Source: Gammaproteobacteria bacterium (lineage in GTDB: Bacteria; Pseudomonadota; Gammaproteobacteria; Pseudomonadales; JADFDG01). From it: a stretch of DNA of 58,766 bases. This document shows, in pieces, positions 28,271 to 39,416 of the stretch (position 1 is its first letter; the number at the start of each line of letters is the position of its first letter). The notes under the pieces are model-generated. The model ran no database searches. It was given only the letters and a program-made list of their open reading frames with translations, and was not told the origin of the DNA. Both the position numbers and the translations under genes were made by a program. Where the stretch lies: NCBI GenBank assembly GCA_046566765.1, contig JBKHWA010000001.1:1-58766 (forward strand), in the 5' to 3' direction.

Positions 28271-29614
28271 ATGTACGTGGTCGTGGGGTTGGGCAAGACG
28301 GGCGTTTCCTGCGTGCGCTGGCTGCGCGCGCGGGGCGAGTCCGTGCGCGCCATCGACACCCGCGACGCGCCGCCGGGCCTCGCCGCCGTGCAGGCGGAAT
28401 TCCCGGACCTGGAAATCCACACCGGCGGCCTGCGCCGCGACTGGCTGGATTTCGCGCAGGCCATCGTCGCCAGCCCGGGCGTCGCCGTCGCCGAGCCGGA
28501 AATCGCCGCGGCGGCAGCGAAGGGCGTGCCGGTCATCGGCGATATCGAGTTGTTTGCGCGCGTGGTGAAGGCGCCGGTAGTCGGCATCACCGGCGCCAAT
28601 GGCAAGAGCACGGTCACGGCGCTGGTCGGCGAGATGGGCGTGGCGGCCGGGCTTGAGGTGGCGGTCGGCGGCAACTACGGCACGCCGGCACTGGACCTGC
28701 TGGCCGACGATGTCGCGCTGTACGTGCTCGAACTGTCCAGTTTCCAGCTGGAAACGACGTACTCTCTGCCGCTGGCCGGCGGCACGATCCTGAACCTCAC
28801 CGAGGACCACATGGATCGTTATGGCTCGTTCGCCGAGTACGGCATGGCCAAGCAGCGCATCTACGCGCACTGTGCCGTGGCGGTGGTGAACCGCGACGAT
28901 CCGTGGTCGGCCCCGCGAGGCGAGTTTTCCGGCAGCACGATCAGTTTCGGCGCCGGCGCGAGCGCGCAGGGCTTCGGCATCGCCGCGCACGACGGTGCGC
29001 GCTGGATCACCCGCGACGGACAGCTGCTGGTGTGCTGCGACGACCTGCGCATCAAGGGCACGCACAACCAGCTCAACGCGATGGCGGCGCTCGGCCTTGG
29101 CCTCGCCGCCGGGTTGCCGATGGACGCCATGCTGCGCGCGCTGAAGGCATTCCGCGGGCTGCCGCATCGCTGCCGCTTTGTCGCCGAGCAGGGTGGTGTT
29201 GCCTGGTACAACGATTCCAAGGGCACCAATATCGGCGCCACGGCTGCCGCGCTCGCCGGCCTCGGCGAAAACATCCGCGGCAAGGTGGTGCTGATCGCCG
29301 GCGGCATCGGCAAGGACCAGGATTTCCGGCTGCTCGACCCGCACGTGCGCGCGCACGTGCGCAACGTCGTGCTGATCGGCCAGGATGCGCCGCTGATCCG
29401 CGCTGCGCTCGGCGAGCAGGCGAAGCTGGTGGATGCGCAGTCGATGGAAGAGGCGGTGCGCCTGTGCGCGCAGCTGGCACAGCCGGGCGACGCGGTGCTG
29501 CTGTCGCCGGCCTGTGCCAGCTTCGACATGTACACCGGCTACGACCAGCGCGGTAACCACTTCGAGCAACTGGTGCTGGCGCGCGCGCCGGCCGCGCAGG
29601 GGGAGGGCGCCTGA
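28271..29614 (+). CDS. murD: UDP-N-acetylmuramoylalanine--D-glutamate ligase
   Basis: The ATG at 28271 gives MYVVVGLGKTGVS.... ITGANGKST P-loop and YNDSKGTN. Confidence 0.94.
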   Translation: MYVVVGLGKTGVSCVRWLRARGESVRAIDTRDAPPGLAAVQAEFPDLEIHTGGLRRDWLDFAQAIVASPGVAVAEPEIAAAAAKGVPVIGDIELFARVVKAPVVGITGANGKSTVTALVGEMGVAAGLEVAVGGNYGTPALDLLADDVALYVLELSSFQLETTYSLPLAGGTILNLTEDHMDRYGSFAEYGMAKQRIYAHCAVAVVNRDDPWSAPRGEFSGSTISFGAGASAQGFGIAAHDGARWITRDGQLLVCCDDLRIKGTHNQLNAMAALGLGLAAGLPMDAMLRALKAFRGLPHRCRFVAEQGGVAWYNDSKGTNIGATAAALAGLGENIRGKVVLIAGGIGKDQDFRLLDPHVRAHVRNVVLIGQDAPLIRAALGEQAKLVDAQSMEEAVRLCAQLAQPGDAVLLSPACASFDMYTGYDQRGNHFEQLVLARAPAAQGEGA

Positions 29615-30768
29615 TGCTGCCGATCTTCACTGCCCGCCAGCAACTCGTGCTCAGTGCCGCCCTGCTGCTGGTGACCGGGCTGTTGCTGGTGACCTCGGCC
29701 TCGGTCTACTACGCATCGAACAAGTTGAACGCACCGTTCTATTTCGGGTTGCGCCACGCGGTGTTCGTGTTGATTTCGCTGGTTGGCGCGGTAGCTGCGG
29801 CTCGCATCCCGCTGGAGACCTGGCAGCGCTTCACGCCGGTGTTGTTGCTGGGTGCGGTCGTTCTCCTGGCGGCTGTGCTGATTCCCGGCGTCGGCCGCGA
29901 GGTCAATGGCAGCCGGCGCTGGATTCCGCTGGTGGTTCTCAATGTGCAGCCCAGTGAGTTCGCCAAGCTCGCCATGCTGGTGTTCATGGCCGACTACCTG
30001 GCGCGGCGTCGCGAGGAACTGGCGTCGTTCGCCACGATCGCCAAGCCGTTGCTGGTGATGTCGCTGCTGCTGGTGCTGCTGTTGGCCGAGCCGGACCTCG
30101 GCACCTCGGTGGTGCTGGTGTCGATGGTGTTCGCGCTGCTGTTCCTGGCGGGCATGCCGTGGAAGTACGTCGCCGGCCTGGCGGTGGTCGGCGTGGGCGC
30201 CATCGTCGCGTTGATCCTCACCAACCCCTACCGGCTGGCGCGCCTGACCAGCTACATGGATCCGTGGCAGCACCAGTTCGATTCCGGTTACCAGCTCACC
30301 CAGAGCCTGATCGCGTTCGGTCGCGGCGAGTGGTTCGGCGTCGGCCTGGGCAACAGCGTGCAGAAGTTGTTCTACCTGCCGGAGGCGCATACCGATTTCG
30401 TGTTCGCCGTGGCGGCGGAGGAATTCGGGCTGCTGGGCGTGATCGTCATCGTCTCGCTGTTCGTGTTGCTGGTCGGCGCGACGCTGCGCATTGCCCGTGA
30501 TCGCGCGCTCGCCGGCGACGCGTTTGGCGCCTACATCGCCTGGGGCGCAGCGGTGCTGTTCGGCGTGCAGGCGTTCATCAACATGGGCGTGAACATGGGC
30601 CTGATGCCGACCAAGGGGCTGACGCTGCCGCTGGTGAGCTACGGTGGTTCCAGCCTGCTGGCCAACTGCATGTTGCTGGGTGCGCTGTGGCAACTGTCGG
30701 CGCCGGCCACCGGCGCCACCCGCACGACGCGCCCGGGGCGACCGGCGCGCGAGGCGGTGACGGCATGA
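29614..30768 (+). CDS. ftsW: Peptidoglycan glycosyltransferase FtsW (SEDS)
   Basis: 10-TM SEDS protein with RWI..., [15 protein letters not shown] and [19 protein letters not shown]. Confidence 0.94.
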   Translation: MLPIFTARQQLVLSAALLLVTGLLLVTSASVYYASNKLNAPFYFGLRHAVFVLISLVGAVAAARIPLETWQRFTPVLLLGAVVLLAAVLIPGVGREVNGSRRWIPLVVLNVQPSEFAKLAMLVFMADYLARRREELASFATIAKPLLVMSLLLVLLLAEPDLGTSVVLVSMVFALLFLAGMPWKYVAGLAVVGVGAIVALILTNPYRLARLTSYMDPWQHQFDSGYQLTQSLIAFGRGEWFGVGLGNSVQKLFYLPEAHTDFVFAVAAEEFGLLGVIVIVSLFVLLVGATLRIARDRALAGDAFGAYIAWGAAVLFGVQAFINMGVNMGLMPTKGLTLPLVSYGGSSLLANCMLLGALWQLSAPATGATRTTRPGRPAREAVTA

Positions 30769-31853
30769 GCATGGAATTCAAGGGCATGAAAGCGCTGGTG
30801 ATGGCCGGCGGCACCGGTGGCCACGTGTTCCCGGCGCTTGCGGTTGCGCAGCACATCGTCGCCGGCGGCGGCCAGGTTCACTGGCTGGGTTCGCAGGGCG
30901 GCATGGAAGTCGAACTGGTGACGAAGCACGGCTTCGCGATCAGCACGCTGCCGGTGGCCGGTGTGCGCGGTGGCGGCGTGGCCCGCAAGCTGTCGGCGCC
31001 GCTGAAGATTGCGCGCTCGGTGCTTGGTGCGCTGGCGGTGATCCGGCGCGAACAACCGACGGTGGTGATCGGCTTTGGCGGCTTCGCTTCCGGCCCCGGC
31101 GGCGTCGCCGCGCGGCTGGCCGGCGTGCCGCTGGTGGTGCACGAGCAGAACGCGATCGCCGGCCTCACCAACAAGTTGTTGTCGCGCATCGCCGCACGCG
31201 TGCTGGTGGCGTTCCCGCAGGCGAAGGAACAACTGCCGTCGGCGCTGGTGGTGGGCAACCCGGTGCGGGAGGTGATCCGCGCGCTGCCGGCGCCCGAACA
31301 GCGCTACGCCGGACGCAGCGGTGCGCTGCGCGTGCTGGTGGTGGGCGGCAGCCTCGGCGCGCAGGCGCTGAACACGCAGGTGCCGGACGCGCTGGCCCGC
31401 GTCGCAAGGGACATGCCGGTTGTCGTCCGGCACCAGGCCGGCCGCAAGGACGTCGAACTCACGCGCGGACATTACGCGCGCGTCGGTATCGCGGCGGAAG
31501 TTACCGCCTTCATCGACGACATGGCCGCTGCCTACGGCTGGGCGGACCTCGTGGTTTGCCGCGCCGGCGCGCTGACGGTGAGCGAACTGGCTGCTGCCGG
31601 CGTGCCGTCGATCCTGGTGCCGTTCCCGCACGCGGTGGACGACCACCAGACGCACAACGCCGGCCACCTGGTGCAGGCCGGCGCCGCGCGCCTGTTGCCG
31701 CAGTCGCAACTCGACGGCTCCCGGCTGGCAGCGGAGATCGGCGCGATCGCCGATCGCGAAAACCTGCTGCTGATGGCGAAGGCCGCCCGCAGCGCATCTT
31801 TCGGCGACGCCTCCGCGGCGATCGCCCGTACCTGTCTCGAGGTGAGCGCATGA
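30765..31853 (+). CDS. murG: UDP-GlcNAc--undecaprenyl-PP-MurNAc-pentapeptide GlcNAc transferase
   Basis: [38 protein letters not shown] overlap with ftsW. Confidence 0.95.
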   Translation: MSMEFKGMKALVMAGGTGGHVFPALAVAQHIVAGGGQVHWLGSQGGMEVELVTKHGFAISTLPVAGVRGGGVARKLSAPLKIARSVLGALAVIRREQPTVVIGFGGFASGPGGVAARLAGVPLVVHEQNAIAGLTNKLLSRIAARVLVAFPQAKEQLPSALVVGNPVREVIRALPAPEQRYAGRSGALRVLVVGGSLGAQALNTQVPDALARVARDMPVVVRHQAGRKDVELTRGHYARVGIAAEVTAFIDDMAAAYGWADLVVCRAGALTVSELAAAGVPSILVPFPHAVDDHQTHNAGHLVQAGAARLLPQSQLDGSRLAAEIGAIADRENLLLMAKAARSASFGDASAAIARTCLEVSA

Positions 31854-33313
31854 AACGGTCCGGCCAGGACAACGCGTCGCGGTTCCCGGTGCCGGAAATG
31901 CGCCGCATCCGTCGCATCCATTTCGTCGGCATCGGCGGCTCGGGCATGTGCGGCATCGCCGAGGTGCTGCTCAACCAGGGCTACGAGATCGGTGGCTCGG
32001 ACCTGAAGGAAAGCGCGGTCACCCGCCGGCTCAAGAGCATGGGCGCGCAGATCTTCATCGGCCATGCTGCCGGAAACATCGAGGGCGCCGACGTGATCGT
32101 GGTCAGTACCGCGGTCAACAACGCCAACCCGGAGGTGGTGGCGGCGCGCGAGGCGCGGGTGCCGGTGGTGCCGCGCGCGGAGATGCTCGCCGAGCTGATG
32201 CGTTACCGCCACGGCATCGCGGTGGCCGGTACGCACGGCAAGACCACCACCACCAGCCTGGTCGCGTCCATCCTCGGCGAGGCCGGCTTCGACCCGACCT
32301 TCGTGATCGGCGGCCGCCTGAACAGCGCCGGTTCCAACGCCCAGCTGGGCGGCAGCCGTTACTTCGTGGCCGAGGCCGACGAGAGCGATGCCTCGTTCCT
32401 GCACCTGCAGCCGATGGTGTCGATCGTCACCAACATCGACGCCGACCACATGTCGACCTACCACGGCGACTTCGCCGAGCTGGAAAACACCTTCGTCACC
32501 TTCCTGCACAACCTGCCGTTCTACGGCGTTGCCGTGCTGTGCGTCGACGATGCAGTGGTACGCCGGGTGTTGCCACGCGTCACCCGCACGCTGGTGACCT
32601 ACGGCATCGAGCAGGAAGACGCCGATTACCGTGCCACTGACATCCGCTACGACGGCATGCGTACCCATTTCACCGCGCACCGGCCGGCGCCGCACAAGCC
32701 GCTGGCGGTGACGTTGTCGATTCCCGGTCGCCACAACGTGTTGAACGCGCTGGCGGCCATTGCCGTTGCCACCGACGAGCGGGTGCCGGACAAGGCAATC
32801 GTCGACGCGCTGGCGAAATTCCAGGGCGTCGGCCGTCGCTTCCAGGTTTACGGGACTTTTGACGTCGCTACCGATGGCGGCAAGGTGGCGCAGGGCGTGA
32901 CGCTGGTCGACGACTACGGCCACCATCCGCGCGAAGTGCAGGCGACGGTCGCTGCGTTGCGCAAGGTCTGGCCGGAGCGTCGCGCGGTGATGCTGTACCA
33001 GCCGCATCGCTATACCCGGACCAAGGAGTTGTACGAGGACTTCGTCGGTGCGTTGTCGGAAGTCGACGTGCTGCTGCTGATGGACGTTTACGCCGCCGGC
33101 GAGCAGCCGATCGCCGGCGCCGATGGCCGCAGCCTGTGCGGCAGCATCCGCGCCCGCGGCCGCATCGACCCGGTGTTCGTCGAGAGTGCGGCCGATGTGG
33201 CGAAGGTACTGCGCAGCGTGCTGCGCGACGGCGATGTGTTGCTGACCCAGGGTGCCGGCGACATCGGTGCCATCTCGGCGAAGTTGGCCGACAGCGGCAT
33301 GAAACTGGATTGA
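31850..33313 (+). CDS. murC: UDP-N-acetylmuramate--L-alanine ligase
   Basis: [33 protein letters not shown] overlap with murG. Confidence 0.95.
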   Translation: MKRSGQDNASRFPVPEMRRIRRIHFVGIGGSGMCGIAEVLLNQGYEIGGSDLKESAVTRRLKSMGAQIFIGHAAGNIEGADVIVVSTAVNNANPEVVAAREARVPVVPRAEMLAELMRYRHGIAVAGTHGKTTTTSLVASILGEAGFDPTFVIGGRLNSAGSNAQLGGSRYFVAEADESDASFLHLQPMVSIVTNIDADHMSTYHGDFAELENTFVTFLHNLPFYGVAVLCVDDAVVRRVLPRVTRTLVTYGIEQEDADYRATDIRYDGMRTHFTAHRPAPHKPLAVTLSIPGRHNVLNALAAIAVATDERVPDKAIVDALAKFQGVGRRFQVYGTFDVATDGGKVAQGVTLVDDYGHHPREVQATVAALRKVWPERRAVMLYQPHRYTRTKELYEDFVGALSEVDVLLLMDVYAAGEQPIAGADGRSLCGSIRARGRIDPVFVESAADVAKVLRSVLRDGDVLLTQGAGDIGAISAKLADSGMKLD

Positions 33314-33324
33314 GCGGAAAAGTT

Positions 33325-33360
33325 GACGTAACGAGAAGAGTCGACGAGACGAGAAGAGTC
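33325..33360 (+). repeat. 18-bp tandem duplication in the murC-ddl spacer
   Basis: GACGTAACGAGAAGAGTC followed by GACGAGACGAGAAGAGTC (16/18 identical), ending 6 nt before the ddl ATG. Confidence 0.85.
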
Positions 33361-33366
33361 AAAGAG

Positions 33367-34269
33367 ATGAGCAAGAAGATCGCAGTCCTGTTCGGCGGCA
33401 CCGCCGCCGAGCGCGAAGTCTCCCTCAAGAGCGGCAATGCCGTTCTCGAGGCGCTGCGCGCGCGCGGCGTCAATGCCACCGGCATCGACACCCGCGAACT
33501 CGACATCAACGGGCTCAAGCAGTTCGATGCGGCGTTCATCGCCGTGCATGGTCGCGGTGGCGAGGACGGCTCGCTGCAGGGCCTGCTGGAGCTGGTCGGC
33601 CTGCCGTATACCGGCAGCGGCGTGATGGCATCCGCCATCGGCATGGACAAGGTCCGCACCAAGTTGCTGTGGCAGGCCTGCGGCCTGTCGACTGCCGGGT
33701 TCCGCGCGTACCACCACGGCAATGCCTGGGTCGACCAGCTCGTCGCCGGCCGCTTCCCGCTGATGGTGAAGCCGGCGCGGGAAGGCTCGAGCATCGGTAT
33801 GGGCAAGGCGAACGACGAGGCGCAACTGGAAGCGGCGCTGGCCAAGGCGCAGCAGTACGACCGCGACGTGATCGTCGAGGAATGGATCGACGGCCCGGAA
33901 TACACCGTGGCGATCCTCGGCAACCGCGCGCTGCCGCCGATCCGTCTGCAGACCACCGCCGAGTTCTACGACTACGAGGCGAAGTACATCCGCAACGACA
34001 CGAAATACCTGTGTCCCTGCGGGCTCGACGCCGCGCGCGAACAGGAACTCCAGCAGCTGGCGGTGGCCGCGTTCAATGCCGTCGGTTGCCGTGGCTGGGG
34101 CCGGGTCGACGTGATGATGGGCAGCGACGGCAAGTTCCGGTTGCTGGAAGTGAACACCGTGCCGGGCATGACCGACCACTCGCTGGTGCCGATGGCGGCG
34201 CGCGCGGCCGGTCTCGACTTCGGCGACCTCGTGCTGAACATCCTGAAGGAATCCGGGATCACGCCATGA
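33367..34269 (+). CDS. ddl: D-alanine--D-alanine ligase
   Basis: MSKKIAVLFGGTAAEREVSLKSG..., GEDGSLQG, ATP-grasp. The track start at 33136 is a run-on. Confidence 0.95.
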   Translation: MSKKIAVLFGGTAAEREVSLKSGNAVLEALRARGVNATGIDTRELDINGLKQFDAAFIAVHGRGGEDGSLQGLLELVGLPYTGSGVMASAIGMDKVRTKLLWQACGLSTAGFRAYHHGNAWVDQLVAGRFPLMVKPAREGSSIGMGKANDEAQLEAALAKAQQYDRDVIVEEWIDGPEYTVAILGNRALPPIRLQTTAEFYDYEAKYIRNDTKYLCPCGLDAAREQELQQLAVAAFNAVGCRGWGRVDVMMGSDGKFRLLEVNTVPGMTDHSLVPMAARAAGLDFGDLVLNILKESGITP

Positions 34270-35111
34270 CTGCCGCGCTGCGCGACAACCTGGTACGCGA
34301 AGGCACGGCGCGCAAGCAGCGCGCCGCGGCCATGCTGCGTCGCGTGGTCGTGCCGGCCGCCGTGTTGTCGGTCGCCTCGTTCGTGGTGCTGGCAGCGGTG
34401 CTGGTTGCCGGCTGGGCGGCCGATGCCACTCGCATCGAAACGGTACGGGTCGAGGGCTCCTTCAGCGCGCGCACCCAGGGCGAGATCGAACAATCACTGG
34501 CGACGCTGGTGGCCGGCCAGTCGCTGCTCGACGTGCCGATGACCGAGATCGCGCGCGAGCTGGACAGCCTGTCCTGGGTCAGCGCGGTTGATGTCTACCG
34601 CGTCTGGCCGCACGGTTTGATCGTGCGCGTCACCGAGAAAGTACCGGTCGCGCACTGGAACGGCGATGGCTACATCAGCCACGTCGGCGAGGTATTCCAG
34701 CCGGAGAATGCCGGCGCGGTCGGCGCGCTGCCGGCGCTGTACGGCCCGGAAGACAAGGCGGTGCAGGTGATGGCGTTCTACAGCGCCGTCAACAGCATGC
34801 TGATGCCGCTGGGCCTGTCGGTGCAGGAGCTGCGGCTGAACCAGGAGTTGTCGTGGGAAATCGTCACCGGCAGCGGCATGCGGCTGCTGGTCGAGCAGGA
34901 CGAGGCGCTGAGCCGCGTCCGCCGCTTCCTGCGTGTTTATGAGAAGCATCTGGTCGAGGTGGCGAGCCGCATCGACAGCGTGGACCTGCGTTACATCGGC
35001 GGTTTCGCCGTGCACTGGGCGCCGGCCATCACGGCGCTGGATGAATCCCTGTTGAACGAATTGGCGCGAGCGGAAGCTCCGGGCGGGAAAAATGGCACGT
35101 ACACCCGGTAA
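34266..35111 (+). CDS. ftsQ: Cell division protein FtsQ
   Basis: Single TM plus POTRA/FtsQ domain. ATGA overlap with ddl, located between ddl and ftsA. Confidence 0.88.
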   Translation: MTAALRDNLVREGTARKQRAAAMLRRVVVPAAVLSVASFVVLAAVLVAGWAADATRIETVRVEGSFSARTQGEIEQSLATLVAGQSLLDVPMTEIARELDSLSWVSAVDVYRVWPHGLIVRVTEKVPVAHWNGDGYISHVGEVFQPENAGAVGALPALYGPEDKAVQVMAFYSAVNSMLMPLGLSVQELRLNQELSWEIVTGSGMRLLVEQDEALSRVRRFLRVYEKHLVEVASRIDSVDLRYIGGFAVHWAPAITALDESLLNELARAEAPGGKNGTYTR

Positions 35112-36339
35112 TGACATGATCGTCGGTCTCGACATCGGCACGTCGAAGGTCGTGGCGATCGTCGGCCAGGTGCTGGCGGACGGCGGCATCAAGGTCGTCG
35201 GCTTCGGCATCAACCACCCGACCCGCGGCATGAAGAAGGGCGTGGTGGTGGACATCGACTCCACCGTGCAGTCGATCCAGCGCGCGGTCGAGGAAGCCGA
35301 GCTGATGGCCGGGTGCCAGATCCACTCCGTGTACGCGAGCATCTCCGGCAGCCACCTGCGCAGCATGAACTCGCACGGCATCGTCGCCATCCGCGACACC
35401 GAGGTGACCCGCGCCGACGTCGAGCGGGTGATCGACGCCGCCGCCGCGGTGCCGATCCCGGCCGACCAGCGCGTGCTGCACGTGATCCCGCAGGAATACG
35501 TGATCGACGACCAGGACGGCGTGCGCGAGTCGCTCGGTATGTCCGGTGTCCGCCTCGAGGCCAAGGTGCACATGGTCACCTGCGCCGAGAACGCGGCGCA
35601 GAACGTCGAGAAGTGCATCCGCCGCTGCGGCCTGGAGGTCGACGAGCTGGTGCTGGAGCAGCTGGCCAGTGCCTACGCGGTACTCACCGACGACGAGAAG
35701 GAGCTGGGCGTTTGCCTGGTCGACGTCGGCGGCGGCACCACCGGTATGGCGATCTTCAACAACGGCGCCATCCGCCACACCGCGGTGACCCCCATCGCCG
35801 GCGACCAGGTGACCAATGACATCGCCATGGCGTTGCGCACGCCGACGCCGTCGGCCGAGGAAATCAAGATGAAGTACGCCTGCGCGCTGGCCCAGCTGGC
35901 CAAGCCGGGCGAGACGATCAAGGTGCCCAGCGTCGGTGACCGGGCGCCGAAGGACCTGTCGCGGCAGGCGCTGGCCGAAGTCATCGAGCCGCGCTACGAC
36001 GAGCTGTTCACCCTGGTCCAGCAGGAACTGCGCCGCAGCGGCTACGAGGAAATGATCCCGTCCGGGATCGTGCTCACCGGCGGCTCCGTGAAGATGGAAG
36101 GCGCGATCGAGCTGGCGGAGGAGGTTTTCCACATGCCGGTGCGGCTGGGTTATCCGCAGGGCGTGGTCGGCGTGACCGACGAGATCGCAGGCAACCCGAT
36201 CTTCGCCACCGCGGTGGGCCTGCTGCACTACGCGCGTCGCCTGCGCGAGGACGAGCGCCGCGACGGTACCAAAAAGGGCAAGTCGGGCGGCGATTCGCTG
36301 ATCGACCGGATGGGCAAGTGGTTCAAGGGAAACTTCTGA
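35092..36339 (+). CDS. ftsA: Cell division protein FtsA
   Basis: GLDIGTSKV..., VDVGGGTT, C-terminal amphipathic helix ...MGKWFKGNF. Confidence 0.95.
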   Translation: MARTPGNDMIVGLDIGTSKVVAIVGQVLADGGIKVVGFGINHPTRGMKKGVVVDIDSTVQSIQRAVEEAELMAGCQIHSVYASISGSHLRSMNSHGIVAIRDTEVTRADVERVIDAAAAVPIPADQRVLHVIPQEYVIDDQDGVRESLGMSGVRLEAKVHMVTCAENAAQNVEKCIRRCGLEVDELVLEQLASAYAVLTDDEKELGVCLVDVGGGTTGMAIFNNGAIRHTAVTPIAGDQVTNDIAMALRTPTPSAEEIKMKYACALAQLAKPGETIKVPSVGDRAPKDLSRQALAEVIEPRYDELFTLVQQELRRSGYEEMIPSGIVLTGGSVKMEGAIELAEEVFHMPVRLGYPQGVVGVTDEIAGNPIFATAVGLLHYARRLREDERRDGTKKGKSGGDSLIDRMGKWFKGNF

Positions 36340-36447
36340 CGGTTTCCATCGTTGTCGTGCGGGAAGTTGTTTGAAAGAAAGTGCAAGACCAGTGTGCGGG
36401 AAAACAAAAATCGTGTTATCAGGATTGCGGGAGCTTGGGAGGAAGTC

Positions 36448-37671
36448 ATGCCGAAATTTGAAATGATCGATAACGTGCCGCAGAACGCCGTCATCAAGGT
36501 GGTCGGGGTCGGCGGTGGTGGTGGCAACGCCGTCGAGCACATGGTCGCCAACCATGTCGAGGGCGTGGAGTTCATCTGCGCCAACACCGACGCGCAGGCG
36601 CTCAAGCGCCATTCCGCGCGCACGTTGCTGCAACTGGGCAGCCAGGTGACCAAGGGTCTCGGAGCGGGCGCCAACCCGGAGATCGGTCGCCAGGCTGCCA
36701 TCGAGGACCGCGATCGCATCGCGGAAATGCTGCAGGGTGCCGACATGGTGTTCATCACCGCCGGCATGGGTGGCGGAACCGGCACCGGTGGCGCACCGGT
36801 CGTGGCCGAGGTGGCCCGCAGCATGGGCATCCTCACCGTGGCGGTGGTCACCAAGCCGTTCCCGTTCGAGGGGCCGCGCCGGATGAAGGCTGCCGACCAC
36901 GGCATCGCCGCGCTCGCCGAGCACGTCGACTCGTTGATCACCATTCCCAATGAAAAGCTGCTGACGGTGCTCGGCCCGCGCACCTCGATGCTCGAGGCGT
37001 TCAAGGCCGCCAACGACGTGCTGCTGGGCGCGGTAAAGGGCATCGCCGACCTGATCCTCCACCCGGGCATGATCAACGTCGACTTCGCCGACGTCCGCAC
37101 CGTCATGAGCGAGATGGGCATGGCGATGATGGGCACCGGCACCGGCCGTGGCGAAAACGGCGCCCGTGAGGCGGCTGAGCGCGCGCTGCACAGCCCGCTG
37201 CTCGATGACGTTCACCTGCAGGGTGCCAAGGGCATCCTGGTCAACGTCACCCATGGCCTGAACTTCTCGATGGGCGACTTCACCGATGTCGGCAACACGG
37301 TCAACGCCTTCGCCGCGCAGGAAGCGCAGATCATCGTCGGCACCACGCTCGACGAGTCGATGGGCGACGAGGTGCGAGTCACTGTCGTGGCGACCGGCAT
37401 CGGCCGTGCCGCGCTGCGGCTGGTAGACCCGGCCCCGGCCATCCCGGCGCAGCCGGCGGCGGCTCGTGTCACCACGCAGCCGCAGGGCGCGACCCGCACC
37501 GTCGCCCAGCCGGCCGCCGATGCCGCTCGCCCCAACTACGCCGACTTCGATCGGCCGCCGGCGCTGCGCCAGCGTGCGCAGGGTGGCGCGGCCGCGGCTC
37601 CGGCCGCGAAGCCGGCCGGGGACATGGATTTCCTCGACATCCCGGCGTTCCTCCGTCGCCAGGCCGACTGA
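36448..37671 (+). CDS. ftsZ: Cell division GTPase FtsZ
   Basis: [27 protein letters not shown] and a C-terminal [14 protein letters not shown] peptide. GGGAGG SD lies before the ATG at 36448. Confidence 0.97.
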   Translation: MPKFEMIDNVPQNAVIKVVGVGGGGGNAVEHMVANHVEGVEFICANTDAQALKRHSARTLLQLGSQVTKGLGAGANPEIGRQAAIEDRDRIAEMLQGADMVFITAGMGGGTGTGGAPVVAEVARSMGILTVAVVTKPFPFEGPRRMKAADHGIAALAEHVDSLITIPNEKLLTVLGPRTSMLEAFKAANDVLLGAVKGIADLILHPGMINVDFADVRTVMSEMGMAMMGTGTGRGENGAREAAERALHSPLLDDVHLQGAKGILVNVTHGLNFSMGDFTDVGNTVNAFAAQEAQIIVGTTLDESMGDEVRVTVVATGIGRAALRLVDPAPAIPAQPAAARVTTQPQGATRTVAQPAADAARPNYADFDRPPALRQRAQGGAAAAPAAKPAGDMDFLDIPAFLRRQAD

Positions 37672-37763
37672 TCGGTCACGGCGAATCCGCAATGCGGTAG
37701 GATGTCGGCCCGGTTCCCGCCCGGGCCCCAGCCTGCCGATCCGGCCGCGAGCAGCGGCCGGCC

Positions 37764-37806
37764 GGCCGACCCGGGAACCCTCCCCCCGGGCCGGCCTTTC
37801 CTTTTA
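37764..37806 (+). terminator. Possible rho-independent terminator/attenuator after ftsZ
   Basis: GGCCGACCCGGG / CCCGGGCCGGCC form a 12-bp GC stem with one mismatch and a 9-nt loop, followed by TTTCCTTTTAT. Confidence 0.45.
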
Positions 37807-37836
37807 TCCCTCCCGGCAGGCCGCCAGGCGCCCGGC

Positions 37837-37865
37837 TTGGGAAATATGAAAAACTTTGTTACTAT
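37837..37865 (+). promoter_or_regulatory. Sigma70-type promoter for lpxC
   Basis: TTGGGA, a 17-nt spacer, TACTAT, within a locally AT-rich patch about 70 nt upstream of the lpxC ATG. Confidence 0.5.
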
Positions 37866-37934
37866 TTGCCCCGGCCCTTGGTTTTCGGGGTGAATTGCTT
37901 GAATAACAACGAGTTACGGCAGGCACGCAAGGCG

Positions 37935-38852
37935 ATGATTCGACAGCGCACCATCAAGAATGTGATTCGCGCGACCGGCATTGGTCTGCACACCGGCGAC
38001 AAGATCTACCTGACCGTGTGCCCGGCGCCGGTCGATTCCGGCATCGTTTTCCGGCGCACCGACCTGTCTTCCACCCCGGCGATCAAGGCCACCGCGGACG
38101 CGGTCGGCGAAACCACGATGTCCACCACGCTGGTGGCCGGCGACGTCAAGGTTTCCACCATTGAGCACCTGATGAGCGCATTTGCCGGCCTCGGCATCGA
38201 CAACGCGATTGTCGAACTCTCCGGCCCGGAAGTACCGATCATGGACGGCAGCGCCGGCCCGTTCGTGTTCCTGTTGCAGTCGGCCGGCATCGCCGAGCAG
38301 GCGGCCGCCAAGAAATTCATCCGGGTGAAGCGCCCGGTCACGGTCGAGGAAGGCGACAAGTCCGCCACCTTCGTGCCGTACGACGGTTTCAAGGTGACCT
38401 TCACCATTCATTTCGACCACCCGGTGTTCCGCAACCGCAACCAGACTGCCAGCGTCGACTTCTCCACCACGTCGTTCGTGAAGGAAGTCAGCCGCGCGCG
38501 TACCTTCGGCTTCATGCGCGAGATCGAATACCTGCGCTCGAAGAACCTGGCGCTCGGCGGCAGCCTGGAAAACGCGATCGTGGTCGACGATTACCGCATC
38601 CTCAACGAGGACGGCCTGCGCTACGAAGACGAGTTCGTGAAGCACAAGATTCTCGACGCCATCGGTGACCTGTACCTGCTGGGCCACAACGTGATTGGCG
38701 AATACATAGGCCACAAGTCGGGCCACGCGCTCAACAACCGTTTGCTGCGCGCGCTGCTGGCGCAGCCGGACGCGTTCGACGTCGTGAGTTTCGACGACGC
38801 GGCCGCCGCGCCGGTTTCCTACGCGCTGCCGGCGGCCCGCGCCGCCGGCTGA
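37935..38852 (+). CDS. lpxC: UDP-3-O-acyl-N-acetylglucosamine deacetylase
   Basis: [34 protein letters not shown]. Confidence 0.96.
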   Translation: MIRQRTIKNVIRATGIGLHTGDKIYLTVCPAPVDSGIVFRRTDLSSTPAIKATADAVGETTMSTTLVAGDVKVSTIEHLMSAFAGLGIDNAIVELSGPEVPIMDGSAGPFVFLLQSAGIAEQAAAKKFIRVKRPVTVEEGDKSATFVPYDGFKVTFTIHFDHPVFRNRNQTASVDFSTTSFVKEVSRARTFGFMREIEYLRSKNLALGGSLENAIVVDDYRILNEDGLRYEDEFVKHKILDAIGDLYLLGHNVIGEYIGHKSGHALNNRLLRALLAQPDAFDVVSFDDAAAAPVSYALPAARAAG

Positions 38853-38865
38853 GCCGGCTTCTCCC

Positions 38866-39357
38866 TCAGCTGTCCTTCCGGGCTTCTTCCGCCGCTGCGG
38901 CCAGCGCTTCCAGCGCGCGTCGCAGTTTTTCGTGCGGTTCGTCAGCGGCCATCGCCCGCAGCGCCTCGACCGGCGCCTGCAGCGCCCGCCGCGGGCGGGG
39001 GGGCGGGGCAGGGTCTGCGGCCCGTTCGCCGGCGGCCATTACCAGCCGGATCTCGCGCAGCCCCCGGAACTCCGGCCGCCGTGCCAGTTGTCGCAGTACC
39101 GACGGTTCCTGGAACCGCCAGCGGGTCGCCAGCGCGGGCTGGGCAAGCCGGATCCGCAGGACGCCGTCCGCCCAGCCGGTGACCTCGAGCTGGGCACCAA
39201 GCCGGGCATCGACCGATTTGCGAAGCAGGTCGGTCAGGACTGTGAACTCGGCCAAGGAACGGAAAATACGGGCAAGCGGCCCGGAAGCCCCGGTGCTAGC
39301 CTCGGGACCCGTGGGTATCCTTGCCGGCTCGTCACCGAAGGGGTTGGCAGGACACAT
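38866..39357 (-). CDS. DUF721-family protein (DciA-like)
   Basis: The core ...VTGWADGVLRIRLAQPALATRWRFQEPSVLRQLAR...IREIRLV fits the DUF721 pattern. It occupies the conserved slot between lpxC and the M23 peptidase/secA seen in pseudomonads. Confidence 0.65.
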   Translation of the reverse strand: MCPANPFGDEPARIPTGPEASTGASGPLARIFRSLAEFTVLTDLLRKSVDARLGAQLEVTGWADGVLRIRLAQPALATRWRFQEPSVLRQLARRPEFRGLREIRLVMAAGERAADPAPPPRPRRALQAPVEALRAMAADEPHEKLRRALEALAAAAEEARKDS

Positions 39358-39416
39358 ATCTCGTCGGACCGCCCGGGGGCGTCCGCCATTGCGAAGAGAA
39401 GAGAAGGGTAGTTGAG

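Noticed and set aside
35029-37692. 887-aa minus-strand ORF.
   Set aside because: Antisense shadow of ftsA/ftsZ, both of which are unambiguous on the plus strand.
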